This document shows, in pieces, positions 1-11,800 of a DNA stretch of 64,000 bases (its first letter is position 1; each line of letters opens with the position of its first letter). The translations under genes and the position numbers were made by a program. The DNA comes from Negaprion brevirostris (lineage: Eukaryota), in the NCBI GenBank assembly GCA_030324005.1, contig JARDVH010000163.1, positions 117,770,851 through 117,834,850 on the forward strand. The letters run 5' to 3'. The notes under the pieces were generated by a model that had not been told where the DNA came from, made no database searches, and worked only from the letters and a program-made list of their open reading frames with translations.

Positions 1-57
1 TAGTCCAACCGATTTAGTTGATAGTAAACTCCCAGTCCAACGCCGGCACATCCACAC
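1..57. mobile_element. Terminal fragment of the same Penelope-like family as 6864-7333
   Basis: TAGTCCAACCGATTT and CCAGTCCAACGCCGGCA both recur in the 6864-7333 element. Confidence 0.65.
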
Positions 58-750
58 TGGGAATGACTGGCCATGGAAATAGACAAAAGTCTGACTTAGT
101 GTCCTATTAGGTATGGGAAGAGAATTGGAGCCTCTACTGAATTTCCTGAAGAATAAAATTGCTGGTAGTAAGAGACAAGCTGCTGTATTATTCCTCCATT
201 AGATAGTAGCTTGGTGGCAGAGGATGAACATTAAGTCTTGGAGATTGACTGCTGCAAAATAAGGTTTTTGTCTTCACGTTCTGAAGGAAAAGAAGCATAC
301 TGGTGTTTTATTTAAGTTACAGGATGGTAGAAGGAAATATATTAGGCTTTGATTCTCCCAATGTTTTCAGAATGGAACCGTGTGAGCAAAGGAAACCTGA
401 AGTTGAAGGGTGGACATGGGTTGCCTCATTACCAAAAAAGAAGAAAAGTATGCCTTTAGTTTTATCATTACCAGTGAAGTGTAATATGAGGAGTAATGTG
501 TTTTCAGAGTGGAATGTGAATGATTTGGATAATGAAAAGGAACTGGACCTTCTATTACAGTTTTTGGATGAATTCTACAAAAAGGATGACTTATTGAAAG
601 CATATGAAGCCTTTGATAGATTTATGAAAGCAGATGATCAACTGATGGACAAATATATCATGGACTCCGATAGGTGGTATAATAGACTAAAGAAATTTGA
701 GCTTGACATCCCAGAGTCTGTATAGGCATTTAAGTTACTTGATTGTGCAC
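58..750 (+). mobile_element. Ty1/copia-type LTR retrotransposon remnant: LTR end, PBS and degraded gag
   Basis: AATAAA at 152; TGGTGGCAGAGGATG at 212-226 complementary to the tRNA-iMet 3' end; gag-like ORF 303..725 (LSLP...FLDEFYKKDDLLKAYEAFDRF...YNRLKK) continuing past a stop as AFKLLDCA. Confidence 0.7.
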
Positions 751-811
751 ACTCATGTCATGAGACCGATGATCTGTGCCATACCCTCCCCAAGTCTGCA
801 CACACCCTCAC

Positions 812-1075
812 TTGATTTGATTTGATTTATTATTGTCACATGTATTAGTATACCGTGAAAAATATTGTTTCTTGCACATTATACAGACAAAGCTTACTGT
901 TCATAGCGAAGGAAAGGAGACAGTGCAGAATGTAGTGTTACAGTCATAGCTAGGGTGTCAAGAAAGATCAACTTAATGCAAGATAGGTCCATTCAAAAGT
1001 CTGACAGCAGCGGGGAAAAAGCCGTTCTTGAGTCCGTTGGTATGTGACCTAAGACTTTTGTATCTTTTTCCCAAC
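812..1075 (-). mobile_element. Rex1/Babar-like LINE 3' end
   Basis: (TTTGA)n tail; CTTTTGTATCTTTTTCC is the reverse complement of the end of the Rex1-like RT fragment at ~24060. Confidence 0.7.
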
Positions 1076-1329
1076 GGAGTGTCTGTGCTCCTTAATTATG
1101 CTGGCTGCTTTTCTGAAGCAGCAGGAAGTGTAGATAGAGTCACAGGTTTGGCCTGCAAAACGACAAAAGAAAGAGATATGAACAGAGGGAATGGAGCAGC
1201 GGTTGGGTGAAATGCATATTTCATGCTTGTGGTGAGCCTTCCCCAGAAGGGACAGAGATTTGATGGGATGGTGATGATGGCAATTGGGTATTATGTCCTG
1301 CCCACAAAGAGCAGGACAATTCAGTCTGG

Positions 1330-2690
1330 CCAAACTGCCACATCAATTAACTCTCAATCATCAGTAAAGTGATGGAAGATGTCATTAACAGTGCTANNNN
1401 NNNNNNNNNNNNNNNNNNNNNNNNNNNNNNNNNNNNNNNNNNNNNNNNNNNNNNNNNNNNNNNNNNNNNNNNNNNNNNNNNNNNNNNNNNNNNNNNCTCA
1501 ATCATCAGTAAAGTGATGGAAGATGTCATTAACAGTGCTATCAACTGCACTTACATAGTAATAACCTGCTCACCAATGCTCAGTTTGGGTCCCACCTGCC
1601 ATTCCCCTCCAGACTATATTACAGATTTGCCCAAGAATGGACAAAAGAATTGAATTCAACAGGTAAGATGAGAGTGAAAGCACTTGGCATCAAGACAGCA
1701 ATTGACTAAGTGCAGCGTCAAGGAGCCCTAACAGAATTGAAGTCAATGGAATCGGGGGGAAACTCTCCAGTATCTAGAGATCTAACTAACACAAAGGAAG
1801 GTGCTGTGATTGCTGCATTTAGAATCCTAGGCCCAACCATGTTCAGCTGCTTCATTAATGGACTTCTATCCATCATAATGTCGTAAGTGGGGATGTTTGC
1901 TGATGATTAAATAGTGATATTGAAGCAGTCTGTGCCCACATGCAGCAAGACATAGACAACATTCAGCTTTAGGCTGATAAGACCAAGTAATGTTCAGACA
2001 ACACAAATGCCAGGCAAGAATGATCTTCAACAAGAATCTAACTACCTCTCTATGATTTTGAATGGCATTAATATTCCTGATTCCCNNNNNNNNNNNNNNN
2101 NNNNNNNNNNNNNNNNNNNNNNNNNNNNNNNNNNNNNNNNNNNNNNNNNNNNNNNNNNNNNNNNNNNNNNNNNNNNNNNNNNNNNNNNNNNNNNNNNNNN
2201 NNNNNNNNNNNNNNNNNNNNNNNNNNNNNNNNNNNNNNNNNNNNNNNNNNNNNNNNNNNNNNNNNNNNNNNNNNNNNNNNNNNNNNNNNNNNNNNNNNNN
2301 NNNNNNNNNNNNNNNNNNNNNNNNNNNNNNNNNNNNNNNNNNNNNNNNNNNNNNNNNNNNNNNNNNNNNNNNNNNNNNNNNNNNNNNTCAACAGCATTTT
2401 CCAAACCTGCAATCTCTACCATCTAGGAGAACAAGGGCAGCAGAGGAATGGGAATATCACTACTTACATTTTCCTCTTTGAGCACATAGCATCCTGAATA
2501 TATTGCCATTTCTTCACTGTGGATCAGTAAGATCCTTGGAACTTCCTCCCTCACAGCACTGTGGGTGTACCCATGCCACACAGACTGCAGTGGGTTCCAG
2601 AAGGTGGATCACATCATCTCAAGAGTAATTAGGGATGGGTAACAAATGCTGGCTTTGCCAGTGGTGCTCACATCCTTTGAATGACTTTTT
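1330..2690 (+). mobile_element. CR1-group LINE 3' fragment (family A), degraded RT plus 3' tail, gapped
   Basis: SIISKVMEDVINSA RT remnant; tail AATTAGGGATGGG..AAATGCTGGC shared with copies at 16140, 27935 and 56990. Confidence 0.75.
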
Positions 2691-3299
2691 AAAAGCACTC
2701 ATTTTATTTCTCCTCCGGTAATTGGTTCTCCATATCTAATATATACCTAAATCAGCCTAGAGAATTAAATAATGCTATGTAACAAAACCTGATTATTTTA
2801 CAGTTATATCATAAAACATTGCTGATTGTGAAAGAGCAGATGGGGTTGCTTGCTGGAATAATCAGATGATTTTATTCCAGGAACTGAGCAGGAATGTAAT
2901 TTGACTCGAAAGCAGTTTAAGGCACTGGTTTAAATTGCTCTGGCTGCCTTTGACAAGCCTCTCCATTCCAAAAAATCTCTTTATTTTCCATTGTTCATTG
3001 CCTATTGCACACTGCTTGTTTGTCTGGAAATATGTGGCAGAAGTGTAAATTACACAGCTAGAAATTTATTTTCTGCTGTGAATTCTGTTCAATAAATTTG
3101 GGTATTTGTTACATTATCAAATGATACTTATGAAAATAACCACTACATTTTGTCCAAAATCAATGAATTTATTAGGTTAAAAGAATAAACTTGCTGTAAT
3201 TCTTCAGCTTGTTCGGAGTCCCTACATTTGTTCTTATGGAGAGTTCAGTGAAGTTGGAGTTTCAAATGAATTTCCCATACTCTGTGTACTGCAGAGTGC

Positions 3300-3822
3300 A
3301 CTAGAATGAATCACTCCAGAAATCAGTGGAAGTGGGGCCTATACCCACTGGAGAGGCTGGCAGCATTGCGCTGAGTGGGCCACCGCACATGCGCCAATCT
3401 GTAAGCATTGAAATAGGTGCATGTGCAAGTGTCTGCTGGCCTCTGGATTGCTGGCCAGCCTCGTGACCCCCGCAATGCTGGTCGTGTGACCTCCCAAACT
3501 GGCTTCCCCAAACATGCTTTGGCAAGCCTCGACCCACCTCTGCCCCCAGCCCACCTTGATGTTCACCCTGCCTCCACTGCCGTGATTTCCTCCCTGCCAC
3601 TGGCTGTCCTGACTTCCCCCTGCAGCCCCAACTGCCCCCCTTCCCCCCACTGCAGGCTGATACCTCCTCCCCCAACCCCAATGACCAACCCCGATTACTG
3701 GCCTCCCTTCCAGCTGGACCCTCCGCTCCCACCAATCAATCCCCCAAAGGCCCTGCCCTCATCAAGCCCCGATACCTCGGCACTGCTTGATGTCCGGTGG
3801 GCAGTGCCAAGATGCCCCCTGG
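3300..3822. repeat. GC/C-rich interspersed repeat fragment, cut by a gap
   Basis: Abrupt GC/CpG-rich low-complexity segment with Pro-rich spurious ORFs and no splice-consistent reading. Confidence 0.4.
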
Positions 3823-4635
3823 NNNNNNNNNNNNNNNNNNNNNNNNNNNNNNNNNNNNNNNNNNNNNNNNNNNNNNNNNNNNNNNNNNNNNNNNNNNNNN
3901 NNNNNNNNNNNNNNNNNNNNNNNNNNNNNNNNNNNNNNNNNNNNNNNNNNNNNNNNNNNNNNNNNNNNNNNNNNNNNNNNNNNNNNNNNNNNNNNNNNNN
4001 NNNNNNNNNNNNNNNNNNNNNNNNNNNNNNNNNNNNNNNNNNNNNNNNNNNNNNNNNNNNNNNNNNNNNNNNNNNNNNNNNNNNNNNNNNNNNNNNNNNN
4101 NNNNNNNNNNNNNNNNNNNNNNNNNNNNNNNNNNNNNNNNNNNNNNNNNNNNNNNNNNNNNNNNNNNNNNNNNNNNNNNNNNNNNNNNNNNNNNNNNNNN
4201 NNNNNNNNNNNNNNNNNNNNNNNNNNNNNNNNNNNNNNNNNNNNNNNNNNNNNNNNNNNNNNNNNNNNNNNNNNNNNNNNNNNNNNNNNNNNNNNNNNNN
4301 NNNNNNNNNNNNNNNNNNNNNNNNNNNNNNNNNNNNNNNNNNNNNNNNNNNNNNNNNNNNNNNNNNNNNNNNNNNNNNNNNNNNNNNNNNNNNNNNNNNN
4401 NNNNNNNNNNNNNNNNNNNNNNNNNNNNNNNNNNNNNNNNNNNNNNNNNNNNNNNNNNNNNNNNNNNNNNNNNNNNNNNNNNNNNNNNNNNNNNNNNNNN
4501 NNNNNNNNNNNNNNNNNNNNNNNNNNNNNNNNNNNNNNNNNNNNNNNNNNNNNNNNNNNNNNNNNNNNNNNNNNNNNNNNNNNNNNNNNNNNNNNNTGTA
4601 CCTTTACTCACAACAAGTCCCTTTCACCCATCACA

Positions 4636-4790
4636 GAAAACGCTGAAAAATCTCAGCAGATCTGACAGCATCGGTGAAGACAGAATAGAGCCAATGTTTC
4701 GAATCAAGATGTCCTACGCCCTGCTGAGATTTTCCAGCATTTTCTGTCTTTGTTTCAGATTACAGCATCCACAAGTACTTTGCTTCTACC
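4636..4790. mobile_element. Degenerate palindromic (foldback) non-autonomous element, probably Penelope-derived
   Basis: GCTGAAAAATCTCAGCAG ... CTGCTGAGATTTTCCAGC inverted arms; related copy at 41922-42125. Confidence 0.55.
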
Positions 4791-5119
4791 TTTCACCTAT
4801 GCACTCGCTGGCCGACATTGGCTCTTGGCCAAACAATGCTTTGATTTTAAAATTTTCATCATTGTTCTCATGGGCTTACTCCTATCTTTTCATCAGCCGT
4901 GGCCTGTAGAAGTTCCTTCCCAACACATCTTTACCTTTTGCTTTATATACTCAAATTTTTTGGCCAACTGTCCTCACATAGCCTCATGTGACTGTGGCAA
5001 TTTGCTTTCTTTGGGATGTTTATCACAATAAAGGCACTATATATATGCAGCTTGTTGTTGATGCTGTGGTGGGGTGAGGTGCTATAGAATGAACAAATTT
5101 TAGGTTGAATTGTAGGCTC

Positions 5120-5395
5120 TCCACCCTAGCTATGGCAGAAACACTACTTTCTGCACCCTCTCCTTTCCTTCTCTATGAATGGTATGCTTTGTTTGAAAAA
5201 CGTGCTGGTTAGGTGGATTGACTCAAACAGGCACTGGAGTGTGGCAACAAGGGGAATTTCACAGTAATTTCATTTCAGTGTTCATGCAAGCCTTACTTGT
5301 GACCAAAAACAAACTTTAACTTTTTGTATCACACACAAGAAACAATAGTCCTCATTGTCTCCAAATACATGTGACAATAATAAATCAAATCAAAA
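5120..5395 (+). mobile_element. Rex1-like 3' tail with a nested SINE 3' fragment (~5196-5325)
   Basis: Ends CATGTGACAATAATAAATCAAATCAAA, the reverse complement of ~812-842; the middle matches the V-SINE tail at 25840-25925. Confidence 0.65.
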
Positions 5396-5686
5396 TTAAT
5401 ATTTTCCCTGACTGAGACGTAAGGCGATTTAATAACTAAGTTTAAAATACTTAGTNNNNNNNNNNTAATTTTGTTTTAAACGTGTACTGTTATATTTGTA
5501 ATTTGCCACAAGGATAATGATTGCAAAAGCTATTTGCACAGACGGGACTAGGAGAGATTGGGTTTGATTGACAGCTTGGGCCCAGGTTGATGAGCTGAGC
5601 AGGGAGCGCGTGACGGGCCAGCGCCCCTTGTGCGCATGCCAGTAAAGTTGTTGTTGTAGCTGCCGGCGGCTGGGAGCGGAGTCAAA

Positions 5687-5722
5687 ATGGCGGCGGTGAT
5701 GGCAGCGTTGAGCCTGGGCTGA
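5687..5722 (+). other. Upstream ORF MAAVMAALSLG* in the probable NISCH 5' leader
   Basis: AAAATGG strong Kozak context, TGA at 5720-5722, out of frame with ATG 5776; valid only if transcription starts upstream of 5687. Confidence 0.5.
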
Positions 5723-5775
5723 AAGGGGTGTTAGATATTCATTTGAGCTTCTTGTTTACATTCATAAGGAGCGGG

Positions 5776-5859
5776 ATGGAGGCGGGCCGGTTTGCGGAGG
5801 GGCAGTTCGAGGGAAAAGAAATCCGCATCATCGGCTCGGAGCTGGTGGAAAATTACACG
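5776..5859 (+). CDS. NISCH: NISCH coding exon 1 ([28 protein letters not shown])
   Basis: GGGATGG Kozak context; donor ACG|GTGAGA; phase 0; start of the PX domain. Confidence 0.92.
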
Positions 5860-8800
5860 GTGAGAGAAAGAAAGAAAGACGTTTTGGTGTTTGGGTATCG
5901 GCGGGGGACAGGGTCTGAGACTGGGACAACCGCAGAGTGTGGGATCCGGGAAGCGGAACCTGAATTTTAATATGGGAGGAAAAAGCGGAAAGGACCCTTC
6001 CACTCCACCACCTGCTTTCGGCGGATTCTCCCTCCTTTAAACAGGATCTCAATCTGTAATGCAGTTTTAATCTGAAATGGGCCATAATTGNNNNNNNNNN
6101 AACATTTTTTGCCTCCATGATGGATATAAATATGCTGTGGAAATGTTGCTAACGTGACATTATACTTGCAACAACAGTCCACTCCATCACCCGACTTGTA
6201 TGGAAATATTTATAGCATGATGTTGGGCCAGGGATTTAGATGACTTCTTTTAGCGTTTAATTTATTTATTAATGTCATAATTGGGCTTATATTAACACTG
6301 AAATTAAGTTACTGTGAAGACACCCCCCCCCATGGACTCAAGTGTTTGTTTTATTTCAGATCGGTGTAAATCCTTCTGACCTATATTACCTTAAAAAATA
6401 TTTGCGTGGAGGCCAGAATGGAAACAGATTTCCCTTTGAAAAACACCTTCATTAGACCAGCCAAACTGCACCCTTCAAGGATAGAATGCAGACCGTTTTC
6501 TTTAATAGTCAAGCAAGTAGATCAGAATGCTGGCTTCTCTGTGAATTTTTCGGTATCTTTCTGACTAATTTAGATGCACCCAGCAGATTATAATGAAACT
6601 TTCCTGCATCTGATATTTCCTCCATCTGAGAGGTGTCCAGTTTCTTAACTCATCCGATAGATAATTTGATCTCTTTGCCTGAGAATTGGCTCCTTCCCTC
6701 CCATATTTAGTGTGCCTGGTAGTGAGTAGCTGAGTCATTGAACTCAGGATTATCACATGTTTGATGTTATTAGATACAGTGGTGGTGTTAAGTATATCAG
6801 TAATTTTGGATTAGAAAGAGGTAGGAAAAGTTATGGTTTTGGGTCCTGATTATTATCTAGTGAGAAGTCTGACAACAGCAGGTTTTAGTCCAACCGATTT
6901 ATTTGATAATAGACTCACAAGCTTTTGGGGTTAGCCCCTTTGTCAGGTGAATGGAGAATTTTGGCCTCAGACAGAGCATATAAAGCACAGACAGTTTAGA
7001 GATTACTGATTAGAATGCGAATCCTTACACCTAACCTGNNNNNNNNNNNNNNNNNNNNNNNNNNNNNNNNNNNNNNNNNNNNNNNNNNNNNNNNNNNNNN
7101 NNNNNNNNNNNNNNNNNNNNNNNNNNNNNNNNNNNNNNTAATCAGTAATCTCTAAACTGTCTGTGCTTTATATGCTCTGTCTGAGGCCAGAACTCTCCAG
7201 TCACCTGACGAAGGGGCTAACCCCGAAAGCTTGTGAGTCTATTATCAAATAAATCGGTTGGACTAAAACCTGCTGTTGTCATACTTTTTACTGTGTTTAC
7301 GCCAGTCCAACGCCGGCATACCCACATCATGCATATTATCTAGTGACCCAGGGCTGTGAAATTCTGGAGGTTCCTTAAATTAGGGTAGAACTTGGGGCGA
7401 TGGTCCCTAATTTTGAACAATAGTTAAAATTTTGTCAAGGCTTCACCTGACTAACAGGTGAAGTACTGGAGAATGCCTCTAACCCCATAATCCACTGATA
7501 AATCTGCATTCTGCCAATTCTGGTTTTATGTGCATTCTAAATTTTCTTTGACAGTGTATTCAGCTGTCAAGGCCTGTATTTCTGCAGTACCCTCCAGAAA
7601 TTTCTGCATGCTTCATCGCTCTTTCATCCTTCAAACTGCTCCTTAAAACTTGCAGTTTTGATGAGGTGTTTGGTCACTGGCTGTTATATCTCATTATTTG
7701 ACTGTCAAATTGGGTTCAATAAAGTCCTTACATAGGATTTCAAAACATAGATACGTGGTACTATGTAAATGTATTTTGTTCCCAGTAAAACTAACCGAGC
7801 AAGGAATCAATTTCAGAAGAAGTAGGGATGAAGAAAAGATTAGAATAAGATTGTTTTTGAGATCAGTACGACTTCTGCCAGTGCTGCTCTGTAACTGGTT
7901 GAATTTGAGTAGTGTGTTCACTTATCTTTTGTTTTTGGGAAAACATCCACCTACCAACGATGGAGACCTTTGTATTTCCTTTACATTCGATCAAATTTAT
8001 TTTATTCCTCTTACCAAACCTTGATCAATTCAAAGATTAATGAAAAATGAATGAAGTGCAACACATCTGGTGTTGATTAGTTAGCCAATAGGTCAAGCAA
8101 GAGCTGTAACAATATGTAAAGAATCAAATGTGGCAAAAATGGTGGAGAAGTAGAAATGGAAAAGCACAAGTGTACTAGTATTTTTTGACCATTTTCTGAG
8201 GTCAAAACTGCAAATTACTTGTTTTAGTTTCATTCAAATCTCTGAACAAATTATCGTAATTGCTGAGCTGTTACCCAAGTTAAAATTCCAACATTTTTAG
8301 TTCCTGTCTGATCTGAAGTTGAAAGTTTATTTGATATTGTAACTTCAACAGACTTTGCATCTCGGAAATGTTCTGTGCCCTTAACAGCATTTTCGGTTTT
8401 GCGGGTACAGTACTCGTATTTTTTAGTAACTTGTAACTGAGAAACACAGGAAGTCATAATTTCCTGGTTTAGACTTTTGGTTTTGGTCCTTCTTTTGTTT
8501 CTGTGTCTTCTGCGTTAAGGTTTGTAAGGAGAATAATATGTATTTGTTGAGTTTGGGTGGCAAGAAAGAATTCAAGTTCTTATTTGACTTTCAACATCTG
8601 GTCCTATTAAAGAAGAAATAAACTTCAGTGCTTTTAGATTTGTGACAGGCTTGGCTTTGCAGCATGAAATCAAAACAAGAATTTTAAGCTATGAGCCAAA
8701 AAAAGTATTGATATGTGACCCACACACTCTCCCACCTCCTAATTTTTTGTGTGGATGTTTTGCATTCATTCTTCATAGTACAGAACATTTGTTGAGATAT

Positions 8801-11800
8801 GGATTATTGCACACTGGAACTCAACTCAGGTTGTACCTATGCTGCACGAAAATGTAGCAATCTGCCTAAGTGCTTAGAGCATGAAAGCTCTAAATGTTGA
8901 CTTTAGAAATAAATCTAATATATTCAACAGATTTCATGTTCTTTTGAACATAAAAGTTACAAGCTTTGCATGTAGTTGATGTCCAATTTTCAGGTAACTG
9001 ATCAGGAAAACTGGAACATAGCCTTTAAGATTATTTTTGGGCTGCTTATTTGATTTCCAGTGCAGTATGATTAGTTACTACTTTTGAGCTGAATGTGGTC
9101 ATCATCTACAATCCTGGCAATCAGCACTTCTAGCTGGATATGCTGAATGTTAATCAGCGGGGTCTCCTTGCTTGATTTCACACCAGCACGGAGACATGTC
9201 ATCATAGCTTCTGGTTTTTGCTGAGGTCAACTGATTTGTGAAAACGGTGGGTTGAATCTGACAGCTTTCTTGTCAGAGTGGATCAGCTGCTCATTGAGCT
9301 TTGACGAAGGTGCATCGTTATTCTAAACTTGAGGTTCTGAATAGAGCATTTTATATAATTGGTTTGATTTTTAAAAAATTAATACAGATGTGAAATAAAT
9401 ATTTCAGATTGTTCAGCAAAACGATCAAAAGATTTGTGTTTTTGTATAAGTAACCATAGCTTTGATTAAAATTGCTTCACCATTGCAAAACTGGTTTTAT
9501 GATGGACAGTTGTTTCAAATTACTCACTGAGCAGGAGTTGTTTGTTGCTTTTTCCTCTGCATTAAGTTAGTGTACAGGTTTGCTTTGGTGGCCTGTATGG
9601 AGCAGAAAGGTTGACTTGCCTTGTTGCAGATCGAAAGCACCTCAACTTTGGGTGTTGCTGCTGTTGGTGTGGATGCCTCTTTTGGCATTGCATTGTCTGA
9701 TTTGTTATGTTGCCCTCTGGCAAATTTTCAGATGAGATGAACCAGCATTTCTGCACATTGAAAAAGGGGAAAACCAGCTAGTTTGCAAATATTTGAGCAC
9801 AATCAAGTTAATCATTGATTTGAGAAAATATTTGATTAAGTTGATATTTATTGATGGAAATTGATTTAATTTATTGTCACATGTATTGTGAAAAGTATTG
9901 TTTCTTGCGTGCTATACAGACAAGGGATACCATTCATCGAGAAGGAAAGGATGCAGAGTAAGATCAACATCAAAAGTCTGATGGCAGCAGGGAGGAAGCT
10001 GTCCTTGAGTCAGTTGGCACTTGACCTCAGGTTTTGACTCTTTAGTCGGAAAAAAGATGTGTTTTCTGCAGCACGTCTGCAAAAGTTGGTGAGAGTCATA
10101 GTGGACATGCTGAATTTCCTTGGCCTCCTGAGAAAGTAGAGGTGTGACTGGGCTTTCTTAATGATAGCATCTGTGTGGAGGGATCAGGACAGGTTGTTGG
10201 TGATCTGGACACCTAGAAATTTGAAACTCTTGACCATTTCCACTTCATCCCCATTGATGTAGACAGGGGCATGTTCTTGACTGTGCTTCCTGAAGTAAAT
10301 GATAATCTCCTTTGCTTTATTGACATTGAGGGAGAGATTATTGTCGTTGTACCAGTTCACCAAATTTGTCAGTGAATTAATTATTTACTATACATTGTAG
10401 ATTAATTTAATTAATGCAGAACTCATTTTCTGTCTGAAGATTCTGTTTTTGGGTCAGGGTTGTCTAACCATTCTTCTTGCTTTGTTTCAACTTAAATCAG
10501 AATTTAGGTATTTTTTCCTGCACTACACTGATCAGAAAAAAGCAGGAAAAATCACCTGCCACCCTCCCTCTCCCATGTAAATTTTGTAGTCTTTAAATAC
10601 TGTGTAATTGTACAGTATTCAGTAAAATATATTAGTATTGGTCACATACTTGTACAGGAGTGGGGAAAGCATTCAAGTGATCAGTATTCAGCTGGAGTAG
10701 TGGCAATCTTGTCGGAGAATTATCTTCCTCTATTTCACCAAATAGGTAAACGCCAAACTTAACTTAAACTAAGTGTCTGGGATATACAATACTTTTTACT
10801 GTATGCTATTGCATGTGACAATAAATCAAATCAAATATGAATGCTTATTTAAAAATTAGTTTATGGAATATGGTGTCATGGGCAGCTGCAGCAATTATTG
10901 CCAGTTCCTAATTGGTTATGAACAGATGGCAGTGAACTGCCTTGTTGAAATACTTTAGTCCATGTGCTGAACGTAGTCCCACAGTGCTGTTAGGCAGGGA
11001 ATTCCAGGATTTTGATGCAACAATATATTTCTAAATCTGTTAGTGTATGCCCTGGAAGTGATGTTCCCGTTTACTGACTCTCCTTATGAGTGGTAGAAAT
11101 TGTGGCTTTGGGAGGTACTGTTGAAGAAGACTTGACAAACTGTTGCAGTGCATCTTGTAGATGGTTCACAATGCAACCACTCGTGTCGGTCTTGGGGGAA
11201 GTGAATGATGAATATGATGGATGGGTACCATGTTATTGCTAAGGTTTTTATTGTGGTTATTTGGTTTTAGACTGAACAGTATTTTTAAATTTTTTGTTAT
11301 GATTTTATCCTGATCTAATTTTTTCTTTCCCCATATTGATTCATTACTCTCTTCAAAGAGAATGAATGAACTTGGCTTGATGTACTGTGGGTTACGTTAC
11401 AAGGTTGGTGACATTTCAGCAGTTGGCAAAACATCAAATGTGTATATCTCTTCCTTAATTATTTACATCACTGCTGCATATTGGTAGCTGTCACTAATGA
11501 AAGCCTGTAACTTTCTTAGGTATATATCATAGAAGTGAAAGTTGGGAATCATCAATGGACAGTTAAACACCGCTACAGTGATTTTCATGAGCTACATGAA
11601 AAGGCAAGTTTTTTGCATATTGTAAAACACTTGTGTTGTTTTACTAAGATTCTTTGTAGTCACTAACTGCTAAATGCATGGCACCTTCTGCCAAATATAC
11701 TGCAAAGCAAGTTATGTTGTGAAATCTGACATGCAACAACAAAACTTCCATGTAGCTTTTAAGCAGGGATGCACCTCAAATTGACATATGGTTTGTATAC

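Larger units (their letters stand above)
5540..6030 (+). promoter_or_regulatory. CpG-rich TATA-less promoter and exon-1 region of NISCH
   Basis: Locally CpG-dense in an AT-rich, CpG-poor background; inverted CCAAT (ATTGG ~5557), TGACG half-CRE (~5611), NRF1-like TGCGCATGCC (5631-5640), YY1-like CAAAATGGCGGC (5683-5694). Confidence 0.75.

Noticed and set aside
1354-1540. Direct repeat of ~43 nt on both sides of a ~100-N gap
   Set aside because: Identical sequence abutting a fixed-size gap indicates overlapping contig ends (assembly artefact).
3301-4909. Long Pro/Gly-rich ORFs of up to 409 aa
   Set aside because: Length comes from N-runs and GC-rich repeat sequence; no recognisable protein.
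5728-5775. N-terminal extension MLDIHLSFLFTFIRSG of NISCH in the ORF track
   Set aside because: Starts at GTG; ATG 5776 has good context and fits the N-terminal length of orthologs.
9110-9330. Possible old SINE or structured ncRNA in intron 1, ending in TTTGACGAAGG
   Set aside because: Too degenerate to assign; no complete hammerhead core and no convincing snoRNA box pair.
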